Positions 28,252 to 39,123 are shown, counted from the stretch's first letter. The stretch is DNA of 64,000 nucleotides from a candidate division WS6 bacterium GW2011_GWF2_39_15 (GCA_000993565.1 LBWK01000001.1:428208-492207); one strand, 5' to 3'. Numbers and translations are program-made. Notes: generated from the sequence alone by a model not told the origin.

Positions 28252-30790
28252 TCAGTCCGTCTCCATAGTACTTTGTTTTGGATGTTGTAAATGTAATTGT
28301 CTGCCCTACGCTGGATATTCTTAACGTTTCGTAGTTACCTACATTTCCAAAAGCTGTGTTAGTCCCACGAAGATTTATCAACAATACCTCATCACCCACC
28401 GCCAGACAACCTGTCGAAGGCGATGATTCCAGTGTTACATTATAGTTAACAGCATCTCCACCATCACCACACGAACGTCCAGTAATTATGTTCGATACAT
28501 TAATACTCCCATCTGATGTTACTGTAATACTCCCATCATTACCTGTTCCTAAATCTACAGAAGAATTAAGAGTTACACTATTATCCGAAGAACTTACGTG
28601 GACTCTCCTATCAGAATCCAGGTTCTTCTCAACTACGGTTAATCTGGATACCGATGGGTAGTCCTCACTATTAATTTCTCTTATTCTGTCAGCATCTACT
28701 GTGTAAGTACCTGATAGATTGGTAAGATTGATCCGAACAGCGGATAGCGTTGGGGTTGAAGCTGTATCTGTAGTGGAAAGGATAAACCGGTACTGCATAT
28801 ACTCATCTGCTGTTGAAGATATCGTTGAACCAGCAGCATTACTCAAGTAGTTTTCACCTTTGATATTGTCTATGTAAACAACTGCACTATTAGGAACAGA
28901 TGTCACCCGTAGCTTTGTAATTGCATCACGTGCTGTCGAAGAGATTGCTGAGATATCCCAATAGACTTTTTGCCACGTATTTACCCCGTCAATATAGACA
29001 GTAATTTCGTTCTCAGTGGCTGCAGCCTCGCCTATTCCTAACTTTACTGACCCGCTAGTAGATGACGACCTTATCCATGCAGTCAAGTATTGATATGTTG
29101 AGATGTCCGATGCAGAAATGGTCGCTTCCGCGTAACCGTTAGAGGCCGTAGCAGTTAACTTAGTAAGATTCCCGACAGTGCTCTCATCCTCATCTTCATA
29201 ATAGTCAATGTTTCGAATAATATCTCCCTCAGCTACTGTCATGTTGCTTCCAGTCCAGTTAGTATGCGTATCTGCTGTTTCCAATACTTTATAGTTAGTT
29301 GTTAACGTGGCCGGTTTCCAGGCTTCCCATGTGCCATCAGTAGAGTCCGGTGTTGAACCGCTTCTCGTTTGAACTTGTATCTCTGTATTGGTAGGGAGGT
29401 TTTCTGTCCAGGAAATGTTATTTAGTGCTGTTGAACTTGGAGTGTGAATCTCGTCACTTACGTAAGCGGCATATGTGTTATAGGATAGGCTATATGATAC
29501 AGCCTCAGCCGGAGATCCTACTAATGACGTACCGTAAAATGCTGCAATTCTACCATTACCTGCTGTTCCTCCTGCTGCTGCTGCATAAGGGGTTGTAGAA
29601 GCCGCATATCCGTTACCGCCAGTTCCTCCCGTTACAGTGGTCTTTGTAGTACCCAAATTCAAACTGTCTCCTGCTACCCTGATTGACCCACCCGCACCAC
29701 CTCCACCGCCAGCATCAACGTATGCTGCCCCAGCACCTCCATTACCGCCATTTTCACCATTAACCTGAAGATTTCCTAAAACAGTAACGCTATTTGCAAC
29801 GATTGATACTATTCCTCCACCATCTCCGCCTTTACCTGAAATTGAAGATGTATACGATACAGTATTAGTATATTCTCCCCCTTCACCTCCGGCGGATCCA
29901 AAGAACATCTTACTTAAATCGGCAGTCCCGTAGCTACCACCACCTCCTCCTCCTGCATATGAGCTGTTTACACCATTATATCCACCGTTACCAGAAGTAT
30001 TTGTTCCTCCATTAATTCCACTATATGGCAAACCACCAGTGGGGCTTCCTCCAATACCGTAAATTCCATACCCACCACCACCTCCTCCTCCATAGTGGTT
30101 CGCACCACCACCACCAGCTCCACCAGATGTCGTGGAACCCACTCCGCCCGATGTATTCAAAGATGTTCCACCACCTCCACCACAATATCCATTACCGCCT
30201 AAATAGCTGGTTGTTGTATTCTGACCAGAACCACCACCAGCTGCTCCGTTAGCTCCTGCAGCAATATATCCTCCTGCTCCACCAATACCACAAAGACTTT
30301 CTCCTCCGTTACCTCCTGCTGAATAGTTACCTGACCCATAGTTAGGGTCGTCATCCTGAAATCCTATGTATCCTTTAGCATTTGCATGGATTGTTCCATT
30401 AATAGAAACTGATCCAGTTGCTCGGAAGAAGATAACCCCTCCTTCTCCCTTACCGTTGTTAATAGTACCATCCGGTTGGATCCAGTCATCTGGATACCAG
30501 TTGATACTTGAATTCACTGTTACATCTGTATAGTTAGGGACTCGCTGCAGCATCTCGTCACTCAGTCCGTCTCCATAGTACCTTGATTTAGCAGAAGTGA
30601 AGGTAACCGTTTGGGAGGTAACATTCGAGACCCTCATGGTCTCGTAATTACCTACATTTCCAAAAGCTGTGTTAGTCCCACGAAGATTTATCAACAATAC
30701 CTCATCACCCACCGCCAGACAACCTGTCGAAGGCGATGATTCCAGTACGTTACATTATAGTTAACAGCATCTCCACCATCTATACATGAA
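27420..30790. repeat. tandem ~2.3-kb direct repeat inside the giant gene
   Basis: Near-identical blocks, e.g. 28044-28228 = 30371-30555, 28321-28470 ~ 30651-30790, 27465-27640 ~ 29770-29950. Confidence 0.7.
28208..30712 (-). CDS. giant glycine-rich repeat surface protein, middle ORF (fragment 2 of 3)
   Basis: 834 aa; begins and ends with the same GDEVLLINLRGTNTAFGNVGNYET module; Gly-rich core. Confidence 0.6.
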   Translation of the reverse strand: MGDEVLLINLRGTNTAFGNVGNYETMRVSNVTSQTVTFTSAKSRYYGDGLSDEMLQRVPNYTDVTVNSSINWYPDDWIQPDGTINNGKGEGGVIFFRATGSVSINGTIHANAKGYIGFQDDDPNYGSGNYSAGGNGGESLCGIGGAGGYIAAGANGAAGGGSGQNTTTSYLGGNGYCGGGGGTSLNTSGGVGSTTSGGAGGGGANHYGGGGGGGYGIYGIGGSPTGGLPYSGINGGTNTSGNGGYNGVNSSYAGGGGGGSYGTADLSKMFFGSAGGEGGEYTNTVSYTSSISGKGGDGGGIVSIVANSVTVLGNLQVNGENGGNGGAGAAYVDAGGGGGAGGSIRVAGDSLNLGTTKTTVTGGTGGNGYAASTTPYAAAAGGTAGNGRIAAFYGTSLVGSPAEAVSYSLSYNTYAAYVSDEIHTPSSTALNNISWTENLPTNTEIQVQTRSGSTPDSTDGTWEAWKPATLTTNYKVLETADTHTNWTGSNMTVAEGDIIRNIDYYEDEDESTVGNLTKLTATASNGYAEATISASDISTYQYLTAWIRSSSTSGSVKLGIGEAAATENEITVYIDGVNTWQKVYWDISAISSTARDAITKLRVTSVPNSAVVYIDNIKGENYLSNAAGSTISSTADEYMQYRFILSTTDTASTPTLSAVRINLTNLSGTYTVDADRIREINSEDYPSVSRLTVVEKNLDSDRRVHVSSSDNSVTLNSSVDLGTGNDGSITVTSDGSINVSNIITGRSCGDGGDAVNYNVTLESSPSTGCLAVGDEVLLINLRGTNTAFGNVGNYETLRISSVGQTITFTTSKTKYYGDGLSDDTNIGLDAAASP

Positions 30791-33357
30791 CGTCCCGCAA
30801 TTATACTTGTTGTATTAATACTACTATTCGCAGAAACGGTAACTGCTCCATCTGCTCCATTACCCAAATCGTTCTGTCCAAGACCCAATTTAGCACTTTG
30901 AGCCTTCCGTTTTGATGCAAATGAGGTATCAAACTGATTTCCGAGGTTATGAGTAATATCATTCCATATATCGGTAGCCTGTTTCCACTGACTTCCAACT
31001 TTAACCCATGCAGTTGATATCAAGTCAAAGGAATTCTCGTTATGTACAAGTTCAAGATATGAACCGTTGGGAACAACACCTGTAGTAGAATGCAGCTGAC
31101 TTGTAGACAAGGCTTTCCACTCAGAGCCATCATATACAAAAAGACTCCCAAGAGTCGTGTCATAAACCAACGACCCGCTTCCTACCCCAGTAGGTTTGGA
31201 TGAATAATTTCCAACCTGTAGTTGTCCAGTGACGGCTAAATTAGTCCCGTCATTTGTCAGTACACTACTCGCTTCCCAATCAGTACCATTATGTCTTAAA
31301 GTTTGTCCTGAGGTACCTGCATAGATATTACCAAGCTCTTTCCACTGAGTCTCGTCGTAATAATAAATACTTTTTGAAGCAGAATTGTATACTAATGACC
31401 CACCTCCCAAAGCCGTTGGATTTGATCCATAGCTTGCCAACTGGAGCTGTCCACCGTTTAACACTACATCACCTGAGAAAGTTCCATCTACAACATTGGT
31501 AATACTATCCCCTGCAAAAGATATATTGCCTGAGGCAGAATCAAAAGTTATATCACCCGAGGTATTAGATATTATTGACGATCCGCCTGCAATATCTAAC
31601 TTTCCTCCCGGAGTACTTGTTCCGATGCCCACATTTCCGTCTGCGTCAATGACAAACGGGGTTGTATCTCCCGCTTCATCATTTACCCGAAAACTAAGAC
31701 CCAGAGTGCTATTAGTTAGAGTTAATAGTTCATTACCCTCATCAAAAAAGAGAGGAGCACTTGAATCCATACCACCCAAGGCAAAATCATCCACAAGAGA
31801 AGTCAAATATGTAACATCACCGCCATCAGTGAATAGACTGCCTCCCGTACCGCTTCCCACTAAAAGATCAACAGAGCTTGATCCATCAAAAAAGTAAAGA
31901 TTTGTACCGTTCCACCATAAATCCCCGGAATTAGGTGTAGCAGGATTAATACCAGCAGAAGTCACAAAGTTGATCTGAGCAGAAGAGGTTGTTGCAGCTT
32001 TTATTCCAAGAAAGGCTGCAGGTGAAGCAGCCCCAATTCCAACACGTCCGGTACTGAAGTCAGTAACCTGATTATCCCAATCAAAAGACATAAACGTATA
32101 CGTATTAGTCCCGTTATACCCTGATACAGTCATATCTTTATTGTTTGAGACATGCGTGAAAGCCCATTGAATATGGGTAGAATCAATAACTCCCTTTCTC
32201 ATATTGATAGAGGTATTTCCGTTACTCACCCCGGTTTGGGTAAGGTTCCCCGTATCTGAAAGGGAAAAGCGGACTACACCCGAATTATTTACAAAATTCA
32301 ACGATGGAGAAGCAGATGCTGTAATGCCTAGCCAATATCTACCTGTAGCATCAGATCTGCCAATACCAAGGGTTTGAGCATCAGCAAGTGACTCGAGAAC
32401 AGTTCTCCCTCCCTTTACCTCCAACTTTGCCCCGGGAGCGTCTGTTCCGATACCTACATTGCCATCTGCATCTATAGCAAACGGAGTCGTATCGCCTGCT
32501 TCATCATTTACCCTGAAGCTTAAACCTGCCGTTGTATTACTAAGTGTTAACAATTGGCCGCTGACATCATAAAAAAACGGAGATGAAGAGTCCGAACCTC
32601 CAAAAGCAACATCTAAACCTGTATAGCTATATATAATATCCGGATCAGTTGCCTCATTAAGAAGCCAGTATGATGGCAGATTACCAATCGCCGCTTGAAC
32701 TGCCAGCCAGTTCGTACCATCATAGACTCTTAATACATTATCATTACCATCATAAAAGACCTGGCCGGCGGCAATATCAGAGTATCCTGTAGCATCATTA
32801 GCTGAATCGAATTGAAACTGCTTACTCGCACCCTGAGCACTTATAGCAAATGCCGTTCCACGCACGGCCATCCTCTTACTATTAGCATCAAGAAATGTCT
32901 CTGTGTAAGTACTTCCGTCAGGAGCAAAGTCAACCTCAACATATACCGAAGGATTATTCAAAAAGATGTTTCTAAAAGATGTTTCACTACCACCAGTGAA
33001 GGTTCCCGTACCTAATGCAAGGTTGAATATACCGTTGTATTCACCAATCTCTATATTACTAAAAACCTCCGTAGCCAAAACGGTACCCAAAGTATCAACG
33101 CTGTAGTACTTAACTCTGAAATCACAAGTATCATTGCTCGCACCAAGAAATACACAGGCCGGTGACCCTGCACTCACATTTAGTCCTTCATTCCCACTAT
33201 CATTCCTTACAATTTTTCCCTGAAAATTGATCGTTTCAGAAGTGGCAAACACTGGAGACGAAAAATACACCGCCAAAGCGATTCCGACTAGAGGCAAGAA
33301 AAGAAGTAGTAGAGGGATTTTATTAAGTTTTAGGCAGTAATCGGCAGTGCTTCTCAT
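30691..33357 (-). CDS. giant repeat surface protein, N-terminal ORF with signal peptide (fragment 1 of 3)
   Basis: 888 aa; N-terminal signal/TM MRSTADYCLKLNKIPLLLLFLPLVGIALAVYF; duplicated GLSFRVNDEAGDTTPF[AV]IDADGNVGIGT fibre-like repeats; xYxYDGxxW repeats. Confidence 0.6.
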   Translation of the reverse strand: MRSTADYCLKLNKIPLLLLFLPLVGIALAVYFSSPVFATSETINFQGKIVRNDSGNEGLNVSAGSPACVFLGASNDTCDFRVKYYSVDTLGTVLATEVFSNIEIGEYNGIFNLALGTGTFTGGSETSFRNIFLNNPSVYVEVDFAPDGSTYTETFLDANSKRMAVRGTAFAISAQGASKQFQFDSANDATGYSDIAAGQVFYDGNDNVLRVYDGTNWLAVQAAIGNLPSYWLLNEATDPDIIYSYTGLDVAFGGSDSSSPFFYDVSGQLLTLSNTTAGLSFRVNDEAGDTTPFAIDADGNVGIGTDAPGAKLEVKGGRTVLESLADAQTLGIGRSDATGRYWLGITASASPSLNFVNNSGVVRFSLSDTGNLTQTGVSNGNTSINMRKGVIDSTHIQWAFTHVSNNKDMTVSGYNGTNTYTFMSFDWDNQVTDFSTGRVGIGAASPAAFLGIKAATTSSAQINFVTSAGINPATPNSGDLWWNGTNLYFFDGSSSVDLLVGSGTGGSLFTDGGDVTYLTSLVDDFALGGMDSSAPLFFDEGNELLTLTNSTLGLSFRVNDEAGDTTPFVIDADGNVGIGTSTPGGKLDIAGGSSIISNTSGDITFDSASGNISFAGDSITNVVDGTFSGDVVLNGGQLQLASYGSNPTALGGGSLVYNSASKSIYYYDETQWKELGNIYAGTSGQTLRHNGTDWEASSVLTNDGTNLAVTGQLQVGNYSSKPTGVGSGSLVYDTTLGSLFVYDGSEWKALSTSQLHSTTGVVPNGSYLELVHNENSFDLISTAWVKVGSQWKQATDIWNDITHNLGNQFDTSFASKRKAQSAKLGLGQNDLGNGADGAVTVSANSSINTTSIIAGRSCIDGGDAVNYNVTYWNHRLRQVVWRWVMRYC

Positions 33358-33414
33358 TTAGACAGTTTTAAACCCATACACAGAATTTGTTCAAAAAACA
33401 CACTCTGTCCTTTT

Positions 33415-33443
33415 ATAGTAAAGGAAAAATGGAGTTCTGTCAA
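33415..33443 (-). promoter_or_regulatory. sigma70-like promoter TTGACA-N17-TACTAT upstream of giant gene
   Basis: rc of 33438-33443 = TTGACA, 17-nt spacer, rc of 33415-33420 = TACTAT; ~60 nt upstream of start at 33357. Confidence 0.4.
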
Positions 33444-33463
33444 AAGTTACTCACTTTCGATTT

Positions 33464-35911
33464 TTAAACTATAATGTTAGCTATCTTTCCTTTTATATAG
33501 ATGATTTTTCGGATTTGTTCACTCTCCAACAGCTTACCCAAATTCTCATCCTTCAATATAACCTCTTTAATCTGACCCTCATCGGCATCTACAACCACTG
33601 TAATTTTCCCTTTCAGTCGCCCATTTATTTGCACAGGAATCTCTACAACTGAGGAGACTAGGTACTGCTCATTGTATTCTGGCCAAGCTTCAAGATGCAC
33701 GGTTTTCTCATACCCTATAATACTCCATAACTCTTCAGCAAGGTACGGCATGATCGGAGCGATAAGCTTTATAAAGATCTCATAGCTTTCTTTTGATATA
33801 TTTTTTGGATCTGTTTTTTCAAAAAAGTTAAGCAGTTCCATATATTTGGCTACAATAGTATTGTACTGAAACTGTTCAAAGCCTTCAGTAACATACTTAG
33901 TTGTTCGATGAAGGATTTCATTTACTTCTTGGGAAGACTTGTTGCCGGCGGTTGCAGTGTTTTCGGCAAAGAACTTATACAGTCTCTCTGTAAATCTTTT
34001 TACTCCCATAAGTGCATTATCGTTCCAGGCCATAGTGCCTTCAAAAGGACCAATAAACATCAGATACGCCCTAATGGCATCCACCCCTACCTTATCAGCT
34101 ACTTCATCCGGAGTAATAACATTTCCTTTGCTTTTGCTCATCCTTTGATTATTCGAGCCAAGTATAACTCCATGGGATATACGCTGGTAATAAGGTTCTG
34201 GCGTAGGAACTTCACCAAGATCATAAAGGAATTGGTATATAAATCGGGAATACAGAAGATGTAATGTATTATGCTCATCCCCTCCTATATAAATATCAAC
34301 TGGAAGCCAGTACTTCATCTTGTCCATATCAGCGATTGCCTTATCGTTTTTGTTATCCAGATATCGGACATAATACCAATCACTTCCTGCCCAATTAGGC
34401 ATTGTATCAGTCTCTCTCTTCGCATCTCCTCCACAATTCGGACATTTTGTATTAACCCATTCTTCGATTTTCGCAAGTGGACTTTCTCCGGTGTCAGTGG
34501 GTTCGTAATGCTCAACTTCAGGAAGGACAATTGGCAATTGATCCTCAGGAACAGGAATCCACCCGCATTTCTCACAGTGAACCATCGGAATTGGTTCTCC
34601 CCAATAGTGCTGTCTGCTGAAAATCCAATCACGCAGATGGTATCTCACCGTTTTCTTTCCCCAGCCCTTCTCTTCCATGTAATCCATTATTCTCTTGGTT
34701 GCAGAACGGATATCCATTCCATCCAAAAATCCTGAATTAATCATAGTTCCTTCATCCTCCTGAACCTGTTCTTTCTTAGTAATCTCACCTGTATCCCCAT
34801 CTTTACCTACCACAACCCTTATTATTGGTATTTTAAACTGCTGAGCAAATTCAAAATCTCTTATATCGTGTCCTGGAACTCCAACCACAGCCCCTGTTCC
34901 AACCGTTCCAAGTACAAAGTCGGTTATCCATATAGGCATTTTCATATCGGTTAAATGATTCACGGCATAAAGCCCAGTGAAAACTCCTGTCTTATCCCGA
35001 CCAGTTACTTCCTTCTGCCTTTCAAGTTCAGACTTATTTTTAGCCTTAACGACATACTCCTTTATAGGCTTTATATCCTGGCTTGTGTTTATTTTACCTG
35101 TGATGAGCTTTTCTACAAGTTCATGTTCCGGTGCAAGGACTATAAATGTAGCCCCATAATTCGTATCCGGACGCGTCGTTGCGATAGTAACGGTTTCTTT
35201 TACACCATCTATAGGATAGGTTATATCAATCCACTCCTTTCTATCAATCCAGTTAATCTGGGCTGCTTTAACTTTATCTATAAATGCCGTCTCTTTTAAT
35301 CCCTCTATTAATCTATCTGCATATGCAGTGATTTTTACAATCCATTGGCTTATATTACGTCTTTGAGTCTGCGTGCCGCACCTCTCGCACTTACCATCAA
35401 TAACTTCTTCGTTTGCAAGACCTATCTTACATGACGGACACCAGTTTATTGGCCACTCCTCTTTATACGCTAATCCTTTCTCAAAAAGCTTTATAAAAAT
35501 CCACTGTGTCCATTTATAGTAACCGGGATCAGTTGTATTAACTTCTCTATTCCAGTCAAATGAGAATCCTAATTTCTGCATTTGATCCTTAAACATTGCC
35601 GTGTTTTCTTTAGTTACTTCTTGAGGCTTACGCTTTACCTTGATTGCATAGTTTTCTGTTGGTAGGCCAAACGCATCGTATCCCATCGGAAAGAGTACGT
35701 TATATCCTCTCATTCTTTGATAACGGGCGTATACGTCACCACCTGTAAAAGAAAATGCATGTCCTACGTGCAGACCACTACCGCTTGGATACGGAAATTC
35801 CACTAAAACGTACTTTTTCTTTCTTTTATCAAAATCCTTAGCAGAATAGATATCGGAGGAAAACCACTTCTCTCTCCACTTATTCTCTATTTCTTTAAAG
35901 TTGTAACTCAT
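33464..35911 (-). CDS. leuS: leucyl-tRNA synthetase
   Basis: 815 aa; PYPSGSGLHVGHAFSFTGGDVYARYQRMRGYNVLFPMGYDAFGLP, KMSKSKGN. Confidence 0.9.
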   Translation of the reverse strand: MSYNFKEIENKWREKWFSSDIYSAKDFDKRKKKYVLVEFPYPSGSGLHVGHAFSFTGGDVYARYQRMRGYNVLFPMGYDAFGLPTENYAIKVKRKPQEVTKENTAMFKDQMQKLGFSFDWNREVNTTDPGYYKWTQWIFIKLFEKGLAYKEEWPINWCPSCKIGLANEEVIDGKCERCGTQTQRRNISQWIVKITAYADRLIEGLKETAFIDKVKAAQINWIDRKEWIDITYPIDGVKETVTIATTRPDTNYGATFIVLAPEHELVEKLITGKINTSQDIKPIKEYVVKAKNKSELERQKEVTGRDKTGVFTGLYAVNHLTDMKMPIWITDFVLGTVGTGAVVGVPGHDIRDFEFAQQFKIPIIRVVVGKDGDTGEITKKEQVQEDEGTMINSGFLDGMDIRSATKRIMDYMEEKGWGKKTVRYHLRDWIFSRQHYWGEPIPMVHCEKCGWIPVPEDQLPIVLPEVEHYEPTDTGESPLAKIEEWVNTKCPNCGGDAKRETDTMPNWAGSDWYYVRYLDNKNDKAIADMDKMKYWLPVDIYIGGDEHNTLHLLYSRFIYQFLYDLGEVPTPEPYYQRISHGVILGSNNQRMSKSKGNVITPDEVADKVGVDAIRAYLMFIGPFEGTMAWNDNALMGVKRFTERLYKFFAENTATAGNKSSQEVNEILHRTTKYVTEGFEQFQYNTIVAKYMELLNFFEKTDPKNISKESYEIFIKLIAPIMPYLAEELWSIIGYEKTVHLEAWPEYNEQYLVSSVVEIPVQINGRLKGKITVVVDADEGQIKEVILKDENLGKLLESEQIRKIIYIKGKIANIIV

Positions 35912-36225
35912 ATGTGTGAAAAAATATTAATTTAAGGTATTAGTCAGTTTTAGGAAAAAATATACTCCCCTAAGGGAGGAGATTAAGAAGAGTATTTACT
36001 TGTATAACCTTAAATCTATACATAGTGAGTATTATATAGAGAATGTAGGGAAAAGAAAATGCCTGGAGGAATCATAGTCCCGGGAAGCGTCTTAGCATAC
36101 ATAGCTCCAGCCCGCTAATCCCCATTTTTTATTCGTTTACACTATACGTATTTCAAGAGTCAATCTCTCAGCTATCGGCTGATCCGATTCTTTGGGTTTA
36201 CAACCTTGGAGTAGAAGTATGATTG

Positions 36226-36300
36226 TGGACCTGATGGGACTTGAACCCATGACCCCTTCTATGCCATAGAAGTGCTCTAGCCAAACTGAGCTACAGGCCC
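36226..36300 (-). tRNA. tRNA-Ala (anticodon GGC)
   Basis: Acceptor GGGCCTG with G3:U70 wobble (Ala identity), anticodon loop ATGGCAT, T-loop TTCAAGT. Confidence 0.7.
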
Positions 36301-36337
36301 GTAATTACCTCCGTTAAGTATAAGTTAGCGGGATAAA

Positions 36338-36410
36338 TGGACTCAGCCGGAGTCGAACCGGCGATCTTCGCAATGCGAATGCGACGTTCTACCAGCTGAA
36401 CTATGAGCCC
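36338..36410 (-). tRNA. tRNA-Ala (anticodon CGC)
   Basis: Acceptor GGGCTCA with G3:U70, anticodon stem TCGCA/TGCGA loop TTCGCAT. Confidence 0.7.
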
Positions 36411-36454
36411 AATACTTGTGATTATACTATATCTTTGAGAAATATAGAAAAGAT

Positions 36455-37846
36455 TTAATACCCACAAAGGTGAGTCTTAAAATATGGGGCTGGATTAAGT
36501 GAACTCCACCCGCCATTACTCCTTATCACCATGAAATGAACATGAACTCCGTACGCTGTACCTGTCTGCCCCATCTGGCCAAGAGCTTGTCCTGCACCTA
36601 TATACTGACCGTTTCTCACATATATTGAATGCATATGCCCGTAAACAGTAGAAAGCCCGTTACCGTGGTCAATGATAACCGTCCACGCCAAACCATAACC
36701 GCCAATAAGGGAACCAAGTCTTGGACACGAACCGGACTGACACCCCGCAAACGTTACCCTACCCGGAGCTGCTGCTACAAGATTTGGATACGACCTGTCC
36801 GCGATATCAATACCGTTATGCCATCTGCTATAACACTGAGAGACCTGTCCGCCGCGTGATACAGGCCAATTCAAGAACCTCCCCACCCCTGGAACGATAG
36901 GACTTGAATATATTGGTGTATACGGACGGGTAACTATTGTTCCGGAGTATACAGGAGTTGTAGGCCTTACAGGTGCAGGCGGTCTGCCATCCGGAATGAA
37001 AAGACTGCTGCCTGCTCTGATGAGGTAATCCGGTGGAAGAAGCTGCTCTATATTAGCTTCAAGAATCAGCTGAGGACTAGAGTTATATGTTTTAGCAAGC
37101 TTCTCTACGGTATCACCCTTCTTTGTTTCAACGAGTACACCATCACCAGGGGGAATTGTAAGTTTGTCACCAGGCCTTATGAAACTAGCTGCCGTTAAAT
37201 CATTCGCCCACATAATAGTCTCAACACCTATTTGATTTATCTCGGCAATTCTACTTAGAGTGTCCCCAGTCTTTACTACATAGGTAGTTGAATCATAACT
37301 CTTTCTGTCTTCAGGAATGGGAGTTGCAACAGAACGACCCTGCGTCAAAAGATCCTGCTGGGCAAGCACTACTGCATCACTTCCAGAAAGGATATTGGAG
37401 GTTATAGGGTTAAGCCTATACGGGTAGGAAACAACGATAATAACAGTGACAACTGCGGCAACAAATTGTATTGAGAAACGAAAAATACTTCCTCTTCCCC
37501 AGAAAAGGTTCTTAACAAAAATATTCTTAACGGACTCAAAATACGCTCCTAATACCTCAAAAAAAACCGCAATTAAAACGGTCATAACCCTTAACCTTAG
37601 AGATAGGTAGAAAATGAAGTCATAAAGAAAGGCCATGGGATTTACATGCCCCCTGAACCTCTGTTCAAAACTCTCCATCCACTTCTTTACTTTACTCCCA
37701 AACTTGCTGAAAACAGACCTGTCATCATCAGTGAAAACATCGGTATCCTGATAGAGATTAGACCCCTCAACTTCCAATGTATGGGCTAAGTTTCGAAAGC
37801 TAATACTCGTGATACTTTTTAACGATTCGTCATCGTTTCTTTTCAT
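36455..37846 (-). CDS. LysM-domain M23 family metallopeptidase (cell-wall hydrolase)
   Basis: 463 aa; N-terminal TM, two LysM repeats (YVVKTGDTLSRIA; KKGDTVEKLAK), C-terminal M23 motifs HNGIDIA...GHMHS...VHVHF. Confidence 0.75.
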   Translation of the reverse strand: MKRNDDESLKSITSISFRNLAHTLEVEGSNLYQDTDVFTDDDRSVFSKFGSKVKKWMESFEQRFRGHVNPMAFLYDFIFYLSLRLRVMTVLIAVFFEVLGAYFESVKNIFVKNLFWGRGSIFRFSIQFVAAVVTVIIVVSYPYRLNPITSNILSGSDAVVLAQQDLLTQGRSVATPIPEDRKSYDSTTYVVKTGDTLSRIAEINQIGVETIMWANDLTAASFIRPGDKLTIPPGDGVLVETKKGDTVEKLAKTYNSSPQLILEANIEQLLPPDYLIRAGSSLFIPDGRPPAPVRPTTPVYSGTIVTRPYTPIYSSPIVPGVGRFLNWPVSRGGQVSQCYSRWHNGIDIADRSYPNLVAAAPGRVTFAGCQSGSCPRLGSLIGGYGLAWTVIIDHGNGLSTVYGHMHSIYVRNGQYIGAGQALGQMGQTGTAYGVHVHFMVIRSNGGWSSLNPAPYFKTHLCGY

Positions 37847-37866
37847 AGTCTCTTATTATATCAGAT

Positions 37867-39123
37867 TTAGGCCTCGTGCAATTTCGCTAAAAATTCTGCG
37901 TTATCTTTGGCCTTTTTCATCTGACTTATAAGAACCTCGGTTGGATTCTCATTGCTATCAAGAACCTCAAGCATTCTTCTAATTCTCCAAGATTGATTAA
38001 GAACCTCTTTGCTTAGAAGGTTTTCTTCATTTCTTGTCCCTGAACTTACAACATCAATTGCAGGATAGATCCTCCTGTTTGCAAGATTTCTGTCTAAATG
38101 AAGTTCCATATTACCGGTTCCTTTGAACTCCTCATAAACAAGGTCGTCCATTCTACTTCCGGTCTCAACAAGGGCTGTTGCAATAATAGTCAAACTCCCA
38201 CCCTCTTCAAAGTTTCTAGCAGCTCCAAAGAACCTTTTTGGAGGATACAAAGCAACGGGATCAAAGCCTCCTGAGAGGGTTTTTCCCGATGTTGGCATGG
38301 TAATGTTATATGCACGGGCAAGACGAGTAATACTATCCATTAGGATTACCACATCCTCACCCCATTCCACCATTCTCTTTGCTTTTTCAAGTGCCATCTC
38401 TGCAACTCTGCAGTTATGCTCTGGAAGCTCATCAAAGTTTGAAGCATATACTTCACCTTTAACACTTCTCTGCATATCCGTAACCTCTTCAGGTCTCTCG
38501 CCGACAAGCACAACCATAAGTTTAGCTTTAGGATGATTTTGAGCAATGCCTTCGGCAATATCTTTCAAAAGCCATGTTTTTCCAGCCTTAGGAGGAGAAA
38601 CCACCATTGATCGCTGCCCAAAACCGATGGGAGCAAGGAGATCAATAACTCTTGTAGACACCTTACTCGTTTCTGTCTCGAGTTTAATCTGCTTCATTGG
38701 GAAGATTGCTGTCAGCCTGTGAAAGAAAGGCCTGGCCGCTGCTTCAGCAGCAGGTTTTCCATATACAGTATCAACTCTTAATAAGCTCAAATACTTCTCC
38801 TTATCCTTAGGAAGCCTAGCAGGTCCTGTAACAACATCGCCCGGTCTTAAACTGAACTTCTTAATTTGCGAACCGGAAACATAAACATCATTCTCACCCG
38901 GAAGCATTCCATCAGTTCTAAGCACTCCGTGTGATCCGTCATTCATAACTTCAAGGATTCCTTCTATAAAAATAAAGCCTTCCTTTTGAGAGGAAGCCTT
39001 AAGAATCTCTATTATAAGTTCTCTTTTGGGAAGTTCCATGAACTCCTTCATTCCGAGATCTTTAGCCCGAATACGAAGGTCAGCAATCGTTTTGCTTTCT
39101 AAATCTTTTATCGTTAATTCCAT
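37867..39123 (-). CDS. rho: transcription termination factor Rho
   Basis: 418 aa; N-terminal domain, RNA-binding CSD-like region, Walker A GKT and Rho-specific motifs. Confidence 0.9.
   Translation of the reverse strand: MELTIKDLESKTIADLRIRAKDLGMKEFMELPKRELIIEILKASSQKEGFIFIEGILEVMNDGSHGVLRTDGMLPGENDVYVSGSQIKKFSLRPGDVVTGPARLPKDKEKYLSLLRVDTVYGKPAAEAAARPFFHRLTAIFPMKQIKLETETSKVSTRVIDLLAPIGFGQRSMVVSPPKAGKTWLLKDIAEGIAQNHPKAKLMVVLVGERPEEVTDMQRSVKGEVYASNFDELPEHNCRVAEMALEKAKRMVEWGEDVVILMDSITRLARAYNITMPTSGKTLSGGFDPVALYPPKRFFGAARNFEEGGSLTIIATALVETGSRMDDLVYEEFKGTGNMELHLDRNLANRRIYPAIDVVSSGTRNEENLLSKEVLNQSWRIRRMLEVLDSNENPTEVLISQMKKAKDNAEFLAKLHEA

Noticed and set aside
35912-36225. T-box riboswitch for leuS
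   Set aside because: The UGG-containing element is sequestered in the terminator stem itself rather than in an antiterminator bulge. No GGUGGNACC core is present. The element is kept only as an unclassified terminator-like hairpin.
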